NCBI GenBank assembly: GCA_018607365.1
Contig: JABBBT010000031.1
Location: 3,338 to 67,337, forward strand
Reading direction: 5' to 3'
From: SAR86 cluster bacterium
GTDB lineage: Bacteria > Pseudomonadota > Gammaproteobacteria > Magnimaribacterales > D2472
DNA: 64,000 bases
Shown: one piece after another, positions 19,189 through 28,966 of the stretch
Numbering within the stretch: the first letter of the stretch is position 1
Layout: every line of letters starts with the position of its first letter
Position numbers and translations under genes: made by a program
Notes under the pieces: model-generated
What the model was told of the DNA's origin: nothing
Databases searched by the model: none
Seen by the model: the letters and a program-made list of their open reading frames with translations, nothing else

Positions 19189-19779
19189 GGTTTTCTTAAC
19201 TGTATTTACTACAGTGATTGTATTTTGATCTATTTCGATATTAACCTGATCACCTTCTGAAAGTTTGTCTAAATTAGTTATATCTAGAGTTTCAGGTATC
19301 AAATGAATATAAAAGTTTGTTTTATTTACCTTGCCAATTGTTAAGCTGCAACCATTTATACCTATATAGCCCTTTTCCATAACGTAGTCTAAATATTTTT
19401 TTATTAATGATATTTGTATATCTTTAGTATTTTTTCTATTAACAGTTTTGATAACTTTAGCAGTGAAGTGAATATGACCTGACATCAAATGACCTCCGAT
19501 CTCAGTTGAAGCTTTTATAGACCTTTCGAGGTTGACTATATCTCCTTTATTAATATTCTTTAAATTAGTCTTACTAATCGTTTCTTCTATTACGTCAAAT
19601 TTTAAGGTTTTAGAGCCGCTATCTTTTGAGGTAAGACAGACTCCATTTACAGAAATACTCGCACCCCTCTTTAAATTCTTATCAAAACCTTTTGGGGTAG
19701 TTATTTCTAAAGACAAGTAGTCTTCATATTTTTTTATTTTGGCAACTTTGCTTTTGACTGAAACAATACCTGAAAACAT
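19165..19779 (-). CDS. ribE: riboflavin synthase (alpha chain)
   Basis: MFSGIV N-terminus and internal lumazine-binding repeat (GASISVNGVCLT / GINGCSLT), 204 aa. Confidence 0.9.
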   Translation of the reverse strand: MFSGIVSVKSKVAKIKKYEDYLSLEITTPKGFDKNLKRGASISVNGVCLTSKDSGSKTLKFDVIEETISKTNLKNINKGDIVNLERSIKASTEIGGHLMSGHIHFTAKVIKTVNRKNTKDIQISLIKKYLDYVMEKGYIGINGCSLTIGKVNKTNFYIHLIPETLDITNLDKLSEGDQVNIEIDQNTITVVNTVKKTLATQISS

Positions 19780-19780
19780 T

Positions 19781-20416
19781 TTATGCCCCCCAATTGTCTC
19801 TATATGCCTTCAGCTCTCCTAGATGCGCAGCATAGTCTGAATTGTTTTCAGTAAATGATATAAGCGTATCAAGATTAACTATAGATTTAACAGTTATACC
19901 AAAATCATTTTGAAGTTCTTTGGATGCAGATATATCAGCAGAGCCTTTTTCTTGTCTATCAAGACCTACAATAAATATTTTTGGAATAGCGCCAGTTTTG
20001 TTAATAAGCTCAATTGACTGTCTTGCAGCCGTTCCTGCAGAAAGCACATCATCAATTATCATTACATTACCAATAGGATTATTTCCAATAATATTCCCAC
20101 CTTCTCCATGATCCTTAACTTCTTTTCTATCAAATGAAAGAGGGTAGTTATTACCATTTTGACTCAAGAGTACAGCAACCATAGACCCTAAAAAAATACC
20201 TTTATATGCAGGACCATAAATACAATCATATTCCATTTCAGTTTCATTAATTGCTTGAACATAGCAATTAGCTAATTCTGAGAGATTACCTGACAGCATC
20301 TTAGCTGCATTAAAAAAGTAGGGGCTTGTTCTGCCAGATTTGAGAGTGAAACTACCGAATTCTAATGCTTTTGCATCTAATGCAAGATTTAAAAATATTT
20401 TCTGGTAATTTTTCAC
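19781..20416 (-). CDS. pyrE: orotate phosphoribosyltransferase
   Basis: FGSFTLKSGRTSPYFFN and PRPP-binding loop VMIIDDVLSAGTA. Confidence 0.92.
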   Translation of the reverse strand: MKNYQKIFLNLALDAKALEFGSFTLKSGRTSPYFFNAAKMLSGNLSELANCYVQAINETEMEYDCIYGPAYKGIFLGSMVAVLLSQNGNNYPLSFDRKEVKDHGEGGNIIGNNPIGNVMIIDDVLSAGTAARQSIELINKTGAIPKIFIVGLDRQEKGSADISASKELQNDFGITVKSIVNLDTLISFTENNSDYAAHLGELKAYRDNWGA

Positions 20417-21121
20417 TTATTTTAAGCAGGCCTTTTGTTTCTGAATAATATCTGCAATAGCAGCACTTCCAATATTAAGCATATCATCTAGCTGTTCTCT
20501 ATTAAATGGAGCTTCTTCGCCAGTTCCTTGAATTTCAATTATTTCAGAGTTGTCAGTCATAACTAAATTTAAATCAACTTCAGCACTGCTATCCTCTTTA
20601 TAGTCCAAATCAAGAGCAACCTGACCATCTAGAACTCCAAGAGAAACTGCAGCAACATATGACTTGATTGCTCTATGGTCATCGTGATGATTTTGAAGAG
20701 CTAGAAATAATGCGACACACCCACCTGTTATCGAGGCAGTCCTTGTTCCACCATCTGCTTGAATTACATCACAGTCAATATTTATAGTTTTTCCTTTAAT
20801 GTACTTTAAATTAACTGCCTGTCTTAAGGATCTTCCTATAAGTCTTTGGATTTCTTGTGTTCTGCCACTTTGTTTTCCTCTTGCAGCCTCTCTTCCCATT
20901 CTTTCATTTGTTGATCGAGGAAGCATTCCATATTCTGCAGTTACCCAGCCCTCATCACTACCTCTCATCCATCTTGGGACATTGGTGTCTATAGAGGCTG
21001 TACAAATAACCTTTGTATTTCCGAAGGAAACAAGGACAGAGCCTTCAGCATGAACATTGATATTTGGTTCAATTGTAATTTCTCTAAGCTCGTTAGGCTT
21101 TCTATTATTGCTTCTTTCCAT
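20417..21121 (-). CDS. rph: ribonuclease PH
   Basis: [21 protein letters not shown] and [17 protein letters not shown] motifs, 234 aa. Confidence 0.94.
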   Translation of the reverse strand: MERSNNRKPNELREITIEPNINVHAEGSVLVSFGNTKVICTASIDTNVPRWMRGSDEGWVTAEYGMLPRSTNERMGREAARGKQSGRTQEIQRLIGRSLRQAVNLKYIKGKTINIDCDVIQADGGTRTASITGGCVALFLALQNHHDDHRAIKSYVAAVSLGVLDGQVALDLDYKEDSSAEVDLNLVMTDNSEIIEIQGTGEEAPFNREQLDDMLNIGSAAIADIIQKQKACLK

Positions 21122-21159
21122 ATTTTTTCCCGTCGGATACGATGATCCTGTAACTGTAT

Positions 21160-21606
21160 TTAGCTTAATTGCTCTTTAACAATCTTACTTACAACACCCA
21201 TGTCTGCAGTTCCCGCTGCAATAGATATTTTAAGAATTCCCATAACCTTGCCTATATCTTGCATCGAGGCAGCCTCAGCTTCAGCAATTGCTGCTGTTAC
21301 TTTGGTGGTTATCTCTGATTCATCAAGTTGAGTAGGCTTATATTTAGAAAGAACTTCAACTTCTGATTGCTCTTTTTCTGCTAAATCTGCTCTACCTCCA
21401 GAAGTAAACTGGGCAATAGAATCTTTTCTTTGCTTAATCATTTTATTGATAATTTGCAGAGCTTTAGCATCATCAATAGTTTCTCTGTTGTCTATTTCAA
21501 ATTTCTGGACTTCTGATTTAAACATCCGCAAGGTATCACGAGTTAACTCGTTTTTATCAAGCATTGCTTGTTTGAGGTCTGACTGAATTTCTGAAAGAAG
21601 GGTCAA
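21160..21606 (-). CDS. GatB/YqeY domain protein
   Basis: 148 aa. The L..I..DLKQAM..K......LR N-terminus is typical of YqeY. Directly downstream of rpsU. Confidence 0.8.
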   Translation of the reverse strand: MTLLSEIQSDLKQAMLDKNELTRDTLRMFKSEVQKFEIDNRETIDDAKALQIINKMIKQRKDSIAQFTSGGRADLAEKEQSEVEVLSKYKPTQLDESEITTKVTAAIAEAEAASMQDIGKVMGILKISIAAGTADMGVVSKIVKEQLS

Positions 21607-21608
21607 GG

Positions 21609-21827
21609 CTATCTGTAGGATCTTTGTCTTGGGAAAGAGTACTTTCTATTGGATTTTCTTGCACGTTTAACAGCAGCTGCCATTAAGCGTTTTCTTTTTT
21701 CAGTTGGCTTTTCATAAAATTCTCTTGCTCTTATCTCAGGAACAATTGCTGCTTTTTCGCAGGCACGTTTGAACTTTCTTAGACCAATGTCAAAATGTTC
21801 TGTTTCTTTTATTATAATTGAAGGCAT
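21609..21827 (-). CDS. rpsU: 30S ribosomal protein S21
   Basis: MPSIIIKE...[27 protein letters not shown], 72 aa. Divergent from tsaD as in enterics and pseudomonads. Confidence 0.94.
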   Translation of the reverse strand: MPSIIIKETEHFDIGLRKFKRACEKAAIVPEIRAREFYEKPTEKRKRLMAAAVKRARKSNRKYSFPRQRSYR

Positions 21828-21877
21828 AATTAGTCGCGTAGTGTAGGCTGTAATTACAATTTTTGCAAAACATTTTT

Positions 21878-22882
21878 ATGAAAACTTTAGGAATAGAAAC
21901 ATCATGTGACGAAACGGCAGTAGCTGTATATGATTCTGAGCATGGCATTATTGGTGAATCTGTATTTAGTCAGATAAAGATGCATGCTGAGTATGGAGGA
22001 GTAGTTCCTGAATTAGCTTCTAGAGATCATTGTGTAAAGATAATATCGGTATTACAGGAAGCAATAAATCAGGTTGATCTTCAATACATTGATCAGGTTG
22101 CATACACATCTGGACCAGGTTTATTAGGTGCTTTATTGATAGGAGAAAGCTTTGCACAAGGAATCTCAAGTGCATTGAATATTCCTCTTATACCAATTAA
22201 TCATTTAGAGGGACATTTAATGTCTCCTGTTATGGAATTCCCTGAGATCAAAGTGCCATATATCTGCTTATTGGTTAGTGGTGGCCACAGCATGATAGTG
22301 GATGTGAAAGATAGGGGTGATTATAAGATACTTGGTCAATCTCAGGATGATGCGGTTGGAGAGGCGTTTGATAAGGTTGGTAAGCTTCTTGGTCTACCTT
22401 ATCCCGGTGGTCCACACATAGAGAGACTAGCCTTAAAAGGAAATTCCAAAGCCTATGATTTTCCTAGGCCTATGATGCATAGCGATAATCTTGATTTAAG
22501 CTTTAGCGGCCTCAAAACATCTGTTTTGTATACCGTCAGAGATATAGATGATTTAACAGATCAAGTTAAAGCAGATATAGCTGCCTCATTTCAGCAGGCA
22601 GTAATAGATGTTCTAACAAAGAAAATAAAAAAAGCAGTAGAGCTTTCAGGAAGATCAGAGGTGATTATTGCTGGTGGTGTAGCAGCTAATAAAGCTCTCA
22701 GGGCTGCAATTAAAGATTTAGAAAATACTATTAATATTAAAGTTTATTACCCCTCACTTAAGTATTGTGGAGATAATGCTGCAATGATTGCCTTTGTTGG
22801 CTCTCTAAGATCATCTGATAAAATTAATATTAGCGGATCATCTGTAAGAGCTAGATGGCCATTAAGCGAGCTAACAAAATGA
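21878..22882 (+). CDS. tsaD: tRNA N6-adenosine threonylcarbamoyltransferase TsaD
   Basis: MKTLGIETSCDET start (ATG at 21878; the track ORF begins at an upstream TTG). HLEGH metal motif and GGVAAN. Confidence 0.93.
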   Translation: MKTLGIETSCDETAVAVYDSEHGIIGESVFSQIKMHAEYGGVVPELASRDHCVKIISVLQEAINQVDLQYIDQVAYTSGPGLLGALLIGESFAQGISSALNIPLIPINHLEGHLMSPVMEFPEIKVPYICLLVSGGHSMIVDVKDRGDYKILGQSQDDAVGEAFDKVGKLLGLPYPGGPHIERLALKGNSKAYDFPRPMMHSDNLDLSFSGLKTSVLYTVRDIDDLTDQVKADIAASFQQAVIDVLTKKIKKAVELSGRSEVIIAGGVAANKALRAAIKDLENTINIKVYYPSLKYCGDNAAMIAFVGSLRSSDKINISGSSVRARWPLSELTK

Positions 22883-23226
22883 AAGATATTATTTATATAA
22901 AAGATTTACGAGTTAAAACCATAATAGGAATATTTGATTGGGAGAGAAAAGTCAAACAAGAAGTCTCCATAGACATGGAGTTTCCTTTCGACTGTAAAAA
23001 AGCAGCTGCAACTGATTCTATTGAAGATACTATTGACTACAAGGCCATCTGCAAAGGGGTAATTAAATTTGTTGAAGAATCATCTTTTCAGCTTCAAGAA
23101 TCACTTGCTGAGGGTATAGCGGCCCTTGTAAAAGATGAATATAACTTAGAGTCTATAAAGCTAAGAGTATCAAAGCCTGGAGCTCTCAGGGGCGCTAAAG
23201 ATGTTGGTTTGGTCATTCACAGATAA
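22879..23226 (+). CDS. folB: dihydroneopterin aldolase
   Basis: The ATG at 22879 overlaps the tsaD TGA (ATGA). IKDLRVKTIIGIFDWER and a C-terminal VSKPGAL motif. Confidence 0.85.
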   Translation: MKDIIYIKDLRVKTIIGIFDWERKVKQEVSIDMEFPFDCKKAAATDSIEDTIDYKAICKGVIKFVEESSFQLQESLAEGIAALVKDEYNLESIKLRVSKPGALRGAKDVGLVIHR

Positions 23227-23600
23227 TGAAGTTTTACCTCTCCCTAGGAAGCAACATTAACGCAGAAGCAAATATTATTCTTGCTATAGAAAAACTTCAA
23301 AAAATATTAGACAACAGCGAATACTCGTCAGTTCATCAGACCAAGGCAGAAGGGTTTGAGGGTGATGATTTTTTAAACCTTGTCGTATCAGGAGATGCTG
23401 AACTATCTTTCGACGAGCTTAATAAAAAGTTAAAAGATATTGAAGATGAGGCTGGTAGAAATAGAGATGCTCCAAAATTTAGTGCAAGAACTTTGGATAT
23501 AGATATAGTTCTTCAGATTGATGATGAAGAAATTATATTTGAGAGTGATGAGGTTACAAAATACTCATTCGTCTCAGAGCCACTCAAAGAACTGCTCTAA
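23226..23600 (+). CDS. folK: 2-amino-4-hydroxy-6-hydroxymethyldihydropteridine diphosphokinase (short form)
   Basis: LSLGSN N-terminus and RTLDIDIV motif. Only 124 aa versus about 160 aa for typical HPPK. 1-nt overlap with folB. Confidence 0.7.
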   Translation: MKFYLSLGSNINAEANIILAIEKLQKILDNSEYSSVHQTKAEGFEGDDFLNLVVSGDAELSFDELNKKLKDIEDEAGRNRDAPKFSARTLDIDIVLQIDDEEIIFESDEVTKYSFVSEPLKELL

Positions 23601-23614
23601 ATAAACTAGCTTAC

Positions 23615-24676
23615 TTATTTAAAGTTTTTCTCCACAATAGACCAAGCCGCATCTGATAAAGGATAAACCTTCATTCCTCTATCTTCAGCATGTTTGCTAG
23701 CAGCAGTCCCATCTCTTACTCTTCCTAAAATGCCCTGACATATAGCTGCAACTTTAAAGATATTAAATGCCATATAGAACTCCCAATTAGCCGACATGTC
23801 TTTGCCAGTCGCCTCTGAGTACATATCTCGGTATTCTATTTCATTAGGCACGCCAAGTTCTTTCAGTTTTACATAATCATAATATAGAGGCTCTGTTCTC
23901 CATGTTAAGCAGTGATAGCTAAAATCTGCTACGGGATGCCCGAGAGTAGATAGCTCCCAATCTAAAACTCCAATAACCTCTTGGTTTTTCATAATCATGT
24001 TATCTAGGCGATAGTCACCATGCACAATAGAAGTTTCATCATCGTCAGGAATGTTGTTTGGAAGCCACTCAATTAAATTATTCATAGCTTCAATGTTGTC
24101 AGTTTCTGATGCCATATACTGCTTTGACCATCTAGATACTTGTCTTGCTACGTAGTTTCCAGGTTTGCCATAATCGTCTAGACCAACTTTCTTATAATCA
24201 ACACTATGCAGAGCTGCAAGAGTCTTATTTTTATTTTGATAAACTTTAATGCGTTGTTCTTTTGTTAAAGAGGGCAGCATTGGATCCCAATATATATCCC
24301 CATCTAAGCAGTCCATGACAAAAAATTCAGTTCCAGCAACATCTTCATCCTTGCAGAGCCCATATGTCTTTGGAACAGGAACGTCAGTTTCATATAAAGC
24401 ACTAATAACCTTATATTCTCTATCTACTGCATGAGCAGATGGCAAGAGTTTTCCTGGAGGCTTTCTTCTTAAAACAAGATTTTTAGCTTCAGTAATAATC
24501 TTGTATGTTGGATTAGACTGCCCACCCTTAAACTGCTCAATAGTTTTGATGGCTCCTGCCCCAGGGACATTAGCATCAATCCAAGGTTGCAGCTTTGAAA
24601 TCTCAATTTTTAAGTTTTCGGCAACTTCTTTGGTACCAGAAAATATTTGTTCGTATTTTTGTGCATCACTTGTCAT
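23615..24676 (-). CDS. APH/choline-kinase-fold phosphotransferase family protein
   Basis: Catalytic loop HGDYRLDNMI and DWE metal-binding motif. 353 aa. Substrate unknown. Confidence 0.7.
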   Translation of the reverse strand: MTSDAQKYEQIFSGTKEVAENLKIEISKLQPWIDANVPGAGAIKTIEQFKGGQSNPTYKIITEAKNLVLRRKPPGKLLPSAHAVDREYKVISALYETDVPVPKTYGLCKDEDVAGTEFFVMDCLDGDIYWDPMLPSLTKEQRIKVYQNKNKTLAALHSVDYKKVGLDDYGKPGNYVARQVSRWSKQYMASETDNIEAMNNLIEWLPNNIPDDDETSIVHGDYRLDNMIMKNQEVIGVLDWELSTLGHPVADFSYHCLTWRTEPLYYDYVKLKELGVPNEIEYRDMYSEATGKDMSANWEFYMAFNIFKVAAICQGILGRVRDGTAASKHAEDRGMKVYPLSDAAWSIVEKNFK

Positions 24677-25401
24677 TACAGAGATCTCCCCCCATCAACT
24701 TTAATAATTTGACCTGTTATATATTTTGCTCCAGCAATAAACTTAACTGCTTGGGCAATATCTTTCTCAGAACCCATTTTTTTTAAAGGTATATTCGAAA
24801 TTACTTTCTCTTTTTGTTCATCTGTCCATACAACATCCGGCGGCTCAAGCATTGCCCCTGGAGCAATTGCATTAACAGTAATTTCAGGCGCTAGTTCTCT
24901 TGCTAGACCTTTAGTTAGGGATTCTAAACCACCTTTGGCAGCTGAGTATATAGAAAAATTTGCAACACCCTTGCTCAAATTAGTGTCTGTGATATTTATA
25001 ATTGAACCATTAGATTCTTTTAATTTATCTCTAAGACCATTAATTAAAAAAAGAGGCCCTTTTAAATTAGAGCCTACTAAGTTTGTCCAATGCTCTAAAG
25101 ATATGTCTTCAATTGGAGTTGGATAAAAAGTAGATGCATTATTAACAAGGATATCTATAGTCTCAAAAAGACCTTTAGCCTCATCCACCAATCTTGTAAC
25201 TTCACTATCTACGTCTAGGTTGGCTTGAATAATTTTTGCAGTATTTGGATTTTTGGAATTGATTTGATTGGCAAGTTTCTCTGCATCATCTTTGGATGAG
25301 TTGTAGTGAATAATAATATTCCATCCCAAATCAGAGTAGGTAAGGGCAATTTCTTTACCAATTCTCTTTGCAGCCCCTGTAATTAAAATTGTCTTATTCA
25401 T
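24676..25401 (-). CDS. short-chain dehydrogenase, pteridine reductase (FolM/PTR1)-like
   Basis: TGAAKRIG cofactor motif, NNAS, YSAAK catalytic pair. The N-terminal ITGAAKRIG..HY..S pattern resembles pteridine reductases. Product specificity is inferred. Confidence 0.6.
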   Translation of the reverse strand: MNKTILITGAAKRIGKEIALTYSDLGWNIIIHYNSSKDDAEKLANQINSKNPNTAKIIQANLDVDSEVTRLVDEAKGLFETIDILVNNASTFYPTPIEDISLEHWTNLVGSNLKGPLFLINGLRDKLKESNGSIINITDTNLSKGVANFSIYSAAKGGLESLTKGLARELAPEITVNAIAPGAMLEPPDVVWTDEQKEKVISNIPLKKMGSEKDIAQAVKFIAGAKYITGQIIKVDGGRSL

Positions 25402-26416
25402 CTAGATTCTCTATAACTTGTTTGAGTAGTTTAATCTTTTCTTCTTCAATATGCTCATTTGAAACCTTTGATAATATTGAAAAATCCGTATTCTTCATTC
25501 CTTCTACCAATTTGAGTATTAATTTTTTTGTTTCTTTGATCTGAGGGAGGCATACAAGATGTTTTATTAAATCCTCATCCCGCTCCAGACGTACATTTTT
25601 AAGGATACCTAAAAGACATTCTTCATCAGGGTTAGCTGGTATTTTAGATAAGGCTTTTAAGGTCTGCGAGGCATTTATAAAACTATTTGGTATTGGCAAA
25701 TCTTTCCCAATCAAAAAACTATTATTAATTTGGAGTTCGGCCCATCTTATGGATGGATCATTCACTGATGAGCACCCTGAATTTTTAAGATCCTTGAAAT
25801 GAAAGACATGCATTTCATATTCAATTAAAGTTTCAAAATAAATACTTGGGTTGTTTGAGGATAAAGCCCTTTCTGTCTCTGCCCATATTCTATTCTTTGA
25901 AAGGGTCCCAATTTCACCAAGATCAATAATAGTATTTATGAGTTTTTTGGTTTCTTTAGATATCACAAAGTCTTTTAGATGATCATAAGTTCTAAATCTT
26001 GCCAGTCTTATAGCTCTCAAGGGATCCTCAGAAAATGCATCAGAAACATGTCTAAAAATTTTATTTTTTATATCGGCAATGCCATTAAATGGATCAATTA
26101 GTCTGCCACTATCATCTTTGGCTATTGCGTTTATAGTGAAGTCTCTTCTTGAAAGATCCTCTTCAAGAGTTACTTCTTTCCCATAATAAAAATTAAAACC
26201 ATGGTATCCATGTCCAGTTTTCCTTTCGGTTCTTGCTAGGGCATATTCTTCCTTTGTAGATGGATGCAAGAAAACTGGAAAATCTTTACCAATAGGCTTA
26301 AAACCTTTCTCAATCATTTCTTCAGGAGAGGAGCCAACAACAACCCAGTCCCTATCTTTTGCTTTAGTTTTTAAAAGAGCGTCTCGAACAGCACCCCCAA
26401 CTTCATAAATCTTCAT
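25394..26416 (-). CDS. cca: tRNA nucleotidyltransferase (CCA-adding enzyme), short form without recognisable HD domain
   Basis: YEVGGAVRDALL..DRDWVV head domain and ERKTGHGYHGF motif. 340 aa versus about 410 aa in E. coli. Confidence 0.88.
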   Translation of the reverse strand: MKIYEVGGAVRDALLKTKAKDRDWVVVGSSPEEMIEKGFKPIGKDFPVFLHPSTKEEYALARTERKTGHGYHGFNFYYGKEVTLEEDLSRRDFTINAIAKDDSGRLIDPFNGIADIKNKIFRHVSDAFSEDPLRAIRLARFRTYDHLKDFVISKETKKLINTIIDLGEIGTLSKNRIWAETERALSSNNPSIYFETLIEYEMHVFHFKDLKNSGCSSVNDPSIRWAELQINNSFLIGKDLPIPNSFINASQTLKALSKIPANPDEECLLGILKNVRLERDEDLIKHLVCLPQIKETKKLILKLVEGMKNTDFSILSKVSNEHIEEEKIKLLKQVIENLDE

Positions 26417-27219
26417 GCTTTTTTAACTTGAAATAATTTCCTGTCTTCTAATCTTATCGCTGTGAGCTTATTTCCCCAAACGCATCCTGTATCAACTCCT
26501 ATTATGTTAGTTAATTTAGTTTTACCCTCGAGAGCCGCCCAATGCCCAAAAATAATATATTGATTCTCTTTTAAATTTTTAATTGTTTGGTTGAACCATG
26601 GAACATGCATCTCATCAGCTTTATTTTTTTTAGCCTTCAATTTTAACGAACCATCTTTTCCAAGAAATCTCATTCTTGTGAAGTAATTAATAATAGTTCT
26701 AGATCTCTTATAGCCCTTAAGGTCTGAATTCCATATCTTAGGAGTATCTCCCCATATATTTTCTAATATCTTAAAAGAATCATCTTTCATCCCAGTTTGT
26801 ATTTCTTTTGAAAGTTTTTTAGCCATCCTGATATCCCAAATATAAGGTATACCCGCATGAGATATCCAAAAAGTTTCTTTTGTTTCTTTAATTTTGATCT
26901 CTAGTAATAAAGGTAATTTTTTTAACCAGGAGTGATATTTTTGAATATTTTTTGAATCTAAAACTTTTTTTAGTGATTTATTTTTCTTTTGATGTTCTAT
27001 TAGGTAAAGCAAATAGAAGTCATGATTTCCCAATACTGCTTTTATAGATCCTTTGTGCCTCATGCAAAAATCCATCACTTCAAGAGATTGATGGCCTCTA
27101 TTAACAAGGTCTCCAGCAAAGATAATTTTATCTTTATTTGGGTTGAATTTTATTTTTTTTACAAGTGCTTGAAGTTCTGAATAGCACCCCTGAACATCGC
27201 CTATTACGTAATGAGCCAT
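26413..27219 (-). CDS. apaH: bis(5'-nucleosyl)-tetraphosphatase (symmetrical)
   Basis: Metallophosphatase motifs IGDVQGC, GDLVNRG and GNHD. Confidence 0.9.
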   Translation of the reverse strand: MAHYVIGDVQGCYSELQALVKKIKFNPNKDKIIFAGDLVNRGHQSLEVMDFCMRHKGSIKAVLGNHDFYLLYLIEHQKKNKSLKKVLDSKNIQKYHSWLKKLPLLLEIKIKETKETFWISHAGIPYIWDIRMAKKLSKEIQTGMKDDSFKILENIWGDTPKIWNSDLKGYKRSRTIINYFTRMRFLGKDGSLKLKAKKNKADEMHVPWFNQTIKNLKENQYIIFGHWAALEGKTKLTNIIGVDTGCVWGNKLTAIRLEDRKLFQVKKA

Positions 27220-27989
27220 TATTCTTTATAAGACTCAGCTAGTTTTATATATTCTTCAAGTGAAATTTCTTCTGGCCTAAGATTATTATCAATATCTAAA
27301 CCAATCCAATCAAAATCTTGTTTTTTTAAATTATTCCTAATACTTTTTCTTCTAGATACAAATGATAGATCTATGACCTTATAGAGACTTGTAATTAATT
27401 CAGGGTCAAGATTAGAGCTTTCTTTTGGAGTCATTCTTATAAAGCTAGACATCACCTTTGGTTTAATATCAAAAGATTCAGGAGGCACATCAAATAAAAT
27501 TTCAGCATTAAAGAAGGCAGAAATTTTTAAGGATAATTTCCCCCAATTTTTAGTCTTGATATTACCGGTTATTTTTTCGGCTACTTCTCTTTGAACTAAA
27601 AAATGCATGTCTTTGATACAGCTCGACCATTGAATAAATTTCAAAATAATTTGGGTAGATATATTGTATGGAAGATTTCCTACTATTCTAAAGTTACCCT
27701 CATTAAGAAAATCTAAAGATGTTTTAAGAATATCATCATTGACGAAGTTAAATTTAGCTGGCCCATTTAAGTTTTTAGACAAGTATTCAATATTCTCTCT
27801 ATCGACATCAATAGCTTTTACTTTAATACCTGGCTTATTGAGAGTTTTTGTAAGAGCCCCCATCCCAGGACCAACTTCTAAAAATTGATCTCCAGAATAT
27901 GGAGAGACTGACTGACCCATTTCAAAAATAATAGCTGGATCAGATAAGTAGTTTTGCCCAAACTTTCTTCTTATATCTCTCTTATCCAT
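27219..27989 (-). CDS. rsmA: 16S rRNA (adenine1518/1519-N6)-dimethyltransferase
   Basis: FGQNYL N-terminus, SAM motif EVGPGMGALT and NLPYNIST. Confidence 0.93.
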   Translation of the reverse strand: MDKRDIRRKFGQNYLSDPAIIFEMGQSVSPYSGDQFLEVGPGMGALTKTLNKPGIKVKAIDVDRENIEYLSKNLNGPAKFNFVNDDILKTSLDFLNEGNFRIVGNLPYNISTQIILKFIQWSSCIKDMHFLVQREVAEKITGNIKTKNWGKLSLKISAFFNAEILFDVPPESFDIKPKVMSSFIRMTPKESSNLDPELITSLYKVIDLSFVSRRKSIRNNLKKQDFDWIGLDIDNNLRPEEISLEEYIKLAESYKE

Positions 27990-28966
27990 TAGATAATTTT
28001 CTTTGCAGCTCTTAACGCCTCTTGAAAAGAAGCAACATCTGCCTTGCCAGACCCGGCAATATCTAATGCAACACCGTGGTCCACCGATGTCCTTATGATA
28101 GGTACTCCGAGGGTAATATTAATGGAGCTTCCAAAACTTAGTGCTTTTATAACAGGTAAAACCTGGTCATGATACATTCCAAGATAGGCATCAGTTTCTT
28201 GTAATATTTTTGAAGTAAACGCAGTATCAGCTGACATAGGCATAGATACATTAATATGATTTTCTCTTAGTTTTATTACAGCTGGCTCTAAAACATTTTT
28301 TTCTTCTGTTCCAATTTTTCCCCCTTCTCCAGCATGAGGATTTAAACCAAGTAGCTTTATTCGAGGCTCCTGAATTTTAAATTTCGATACAAGCTCATTA
28401 TGTAAAATCGTAACTTTATTAATAATAAGTCTTTCAGTTATTAACTTTGGCACTTTTTTTAAAGGAACATGTGTTGTCGCAATAGCAACCTTAAGTTTTT
28501 TTGAACCCAGAAGCATTAAGACATCTTTGCTGCCTGTTCTTTGCTGAATATACTCAGTATGTCCTGAAAAATTACTTTTAAGAGATATTATATTTTCTTT
28601 GCTAATAGGGCCTGTGACTAAAGCAGTTTTGGAATTCAATGATTGGTCAATACCAAAATCGAGATTTTTAAGAACATATGCTGCATTAGATTTATATAAC
28701 TTCCCAGGTTTTGTATTTCTACATTTTGAGATCTCTTTGACTTGAATAGTTCCAGTCTTGTTTGAATTAATACTATCTAAATTATCAATAGCACATACTT
28801 TTATTTTTTGCTTAAGCAGTAACGCTCTATCCTCAATCAGCTTTTTATCAGCTATGCAGACAATAGGAATTTTAATTTTTTCCCAAAAGGGGAGGCTGCA
28901 TAATTGAATAATTAAATCAGGCCCAATGCCCGAGGGTTCTCCAGGGGAATAAAGAATTTTCTTCAA
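27989..28966 (-). CDS. pdxA: 4-hydroxythreonine-4-phosphate dehydrogenase
   Basis: GEPSGIGPD N-terminus, GLNPHAGEGG and SVDHGVALDIAG motifs. Confidence 0.93.
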   Translation of the reverse strand: MKKILYSPGEPSGIGPDLIIQLCSLPFWEKIKIPIVCIADKKLIEDRALLLKQKIKVCAIDNLDSINSNKTGTIQVKEISKCRNTKPGKLYKSNAAYVLKNLDFGIDQSLNSKTALVTGPISKENIISLKSNFSGHTEYIQQRTGSKDVLMLLGSKKLKVAIATTHVPLKKVPKLITERLIINKVTILHNELVSKFKIQEPRIKLLGLNPHAGEGGKIGTEEKNVLEPAVIKLRENHINVSMPMSADTAFTSKILQETDAYLGMYHDQVLPVIKALSFGSSINITLGVPIIRTSVDHGVALDIAGSGKADVASFQEALRAAKKII

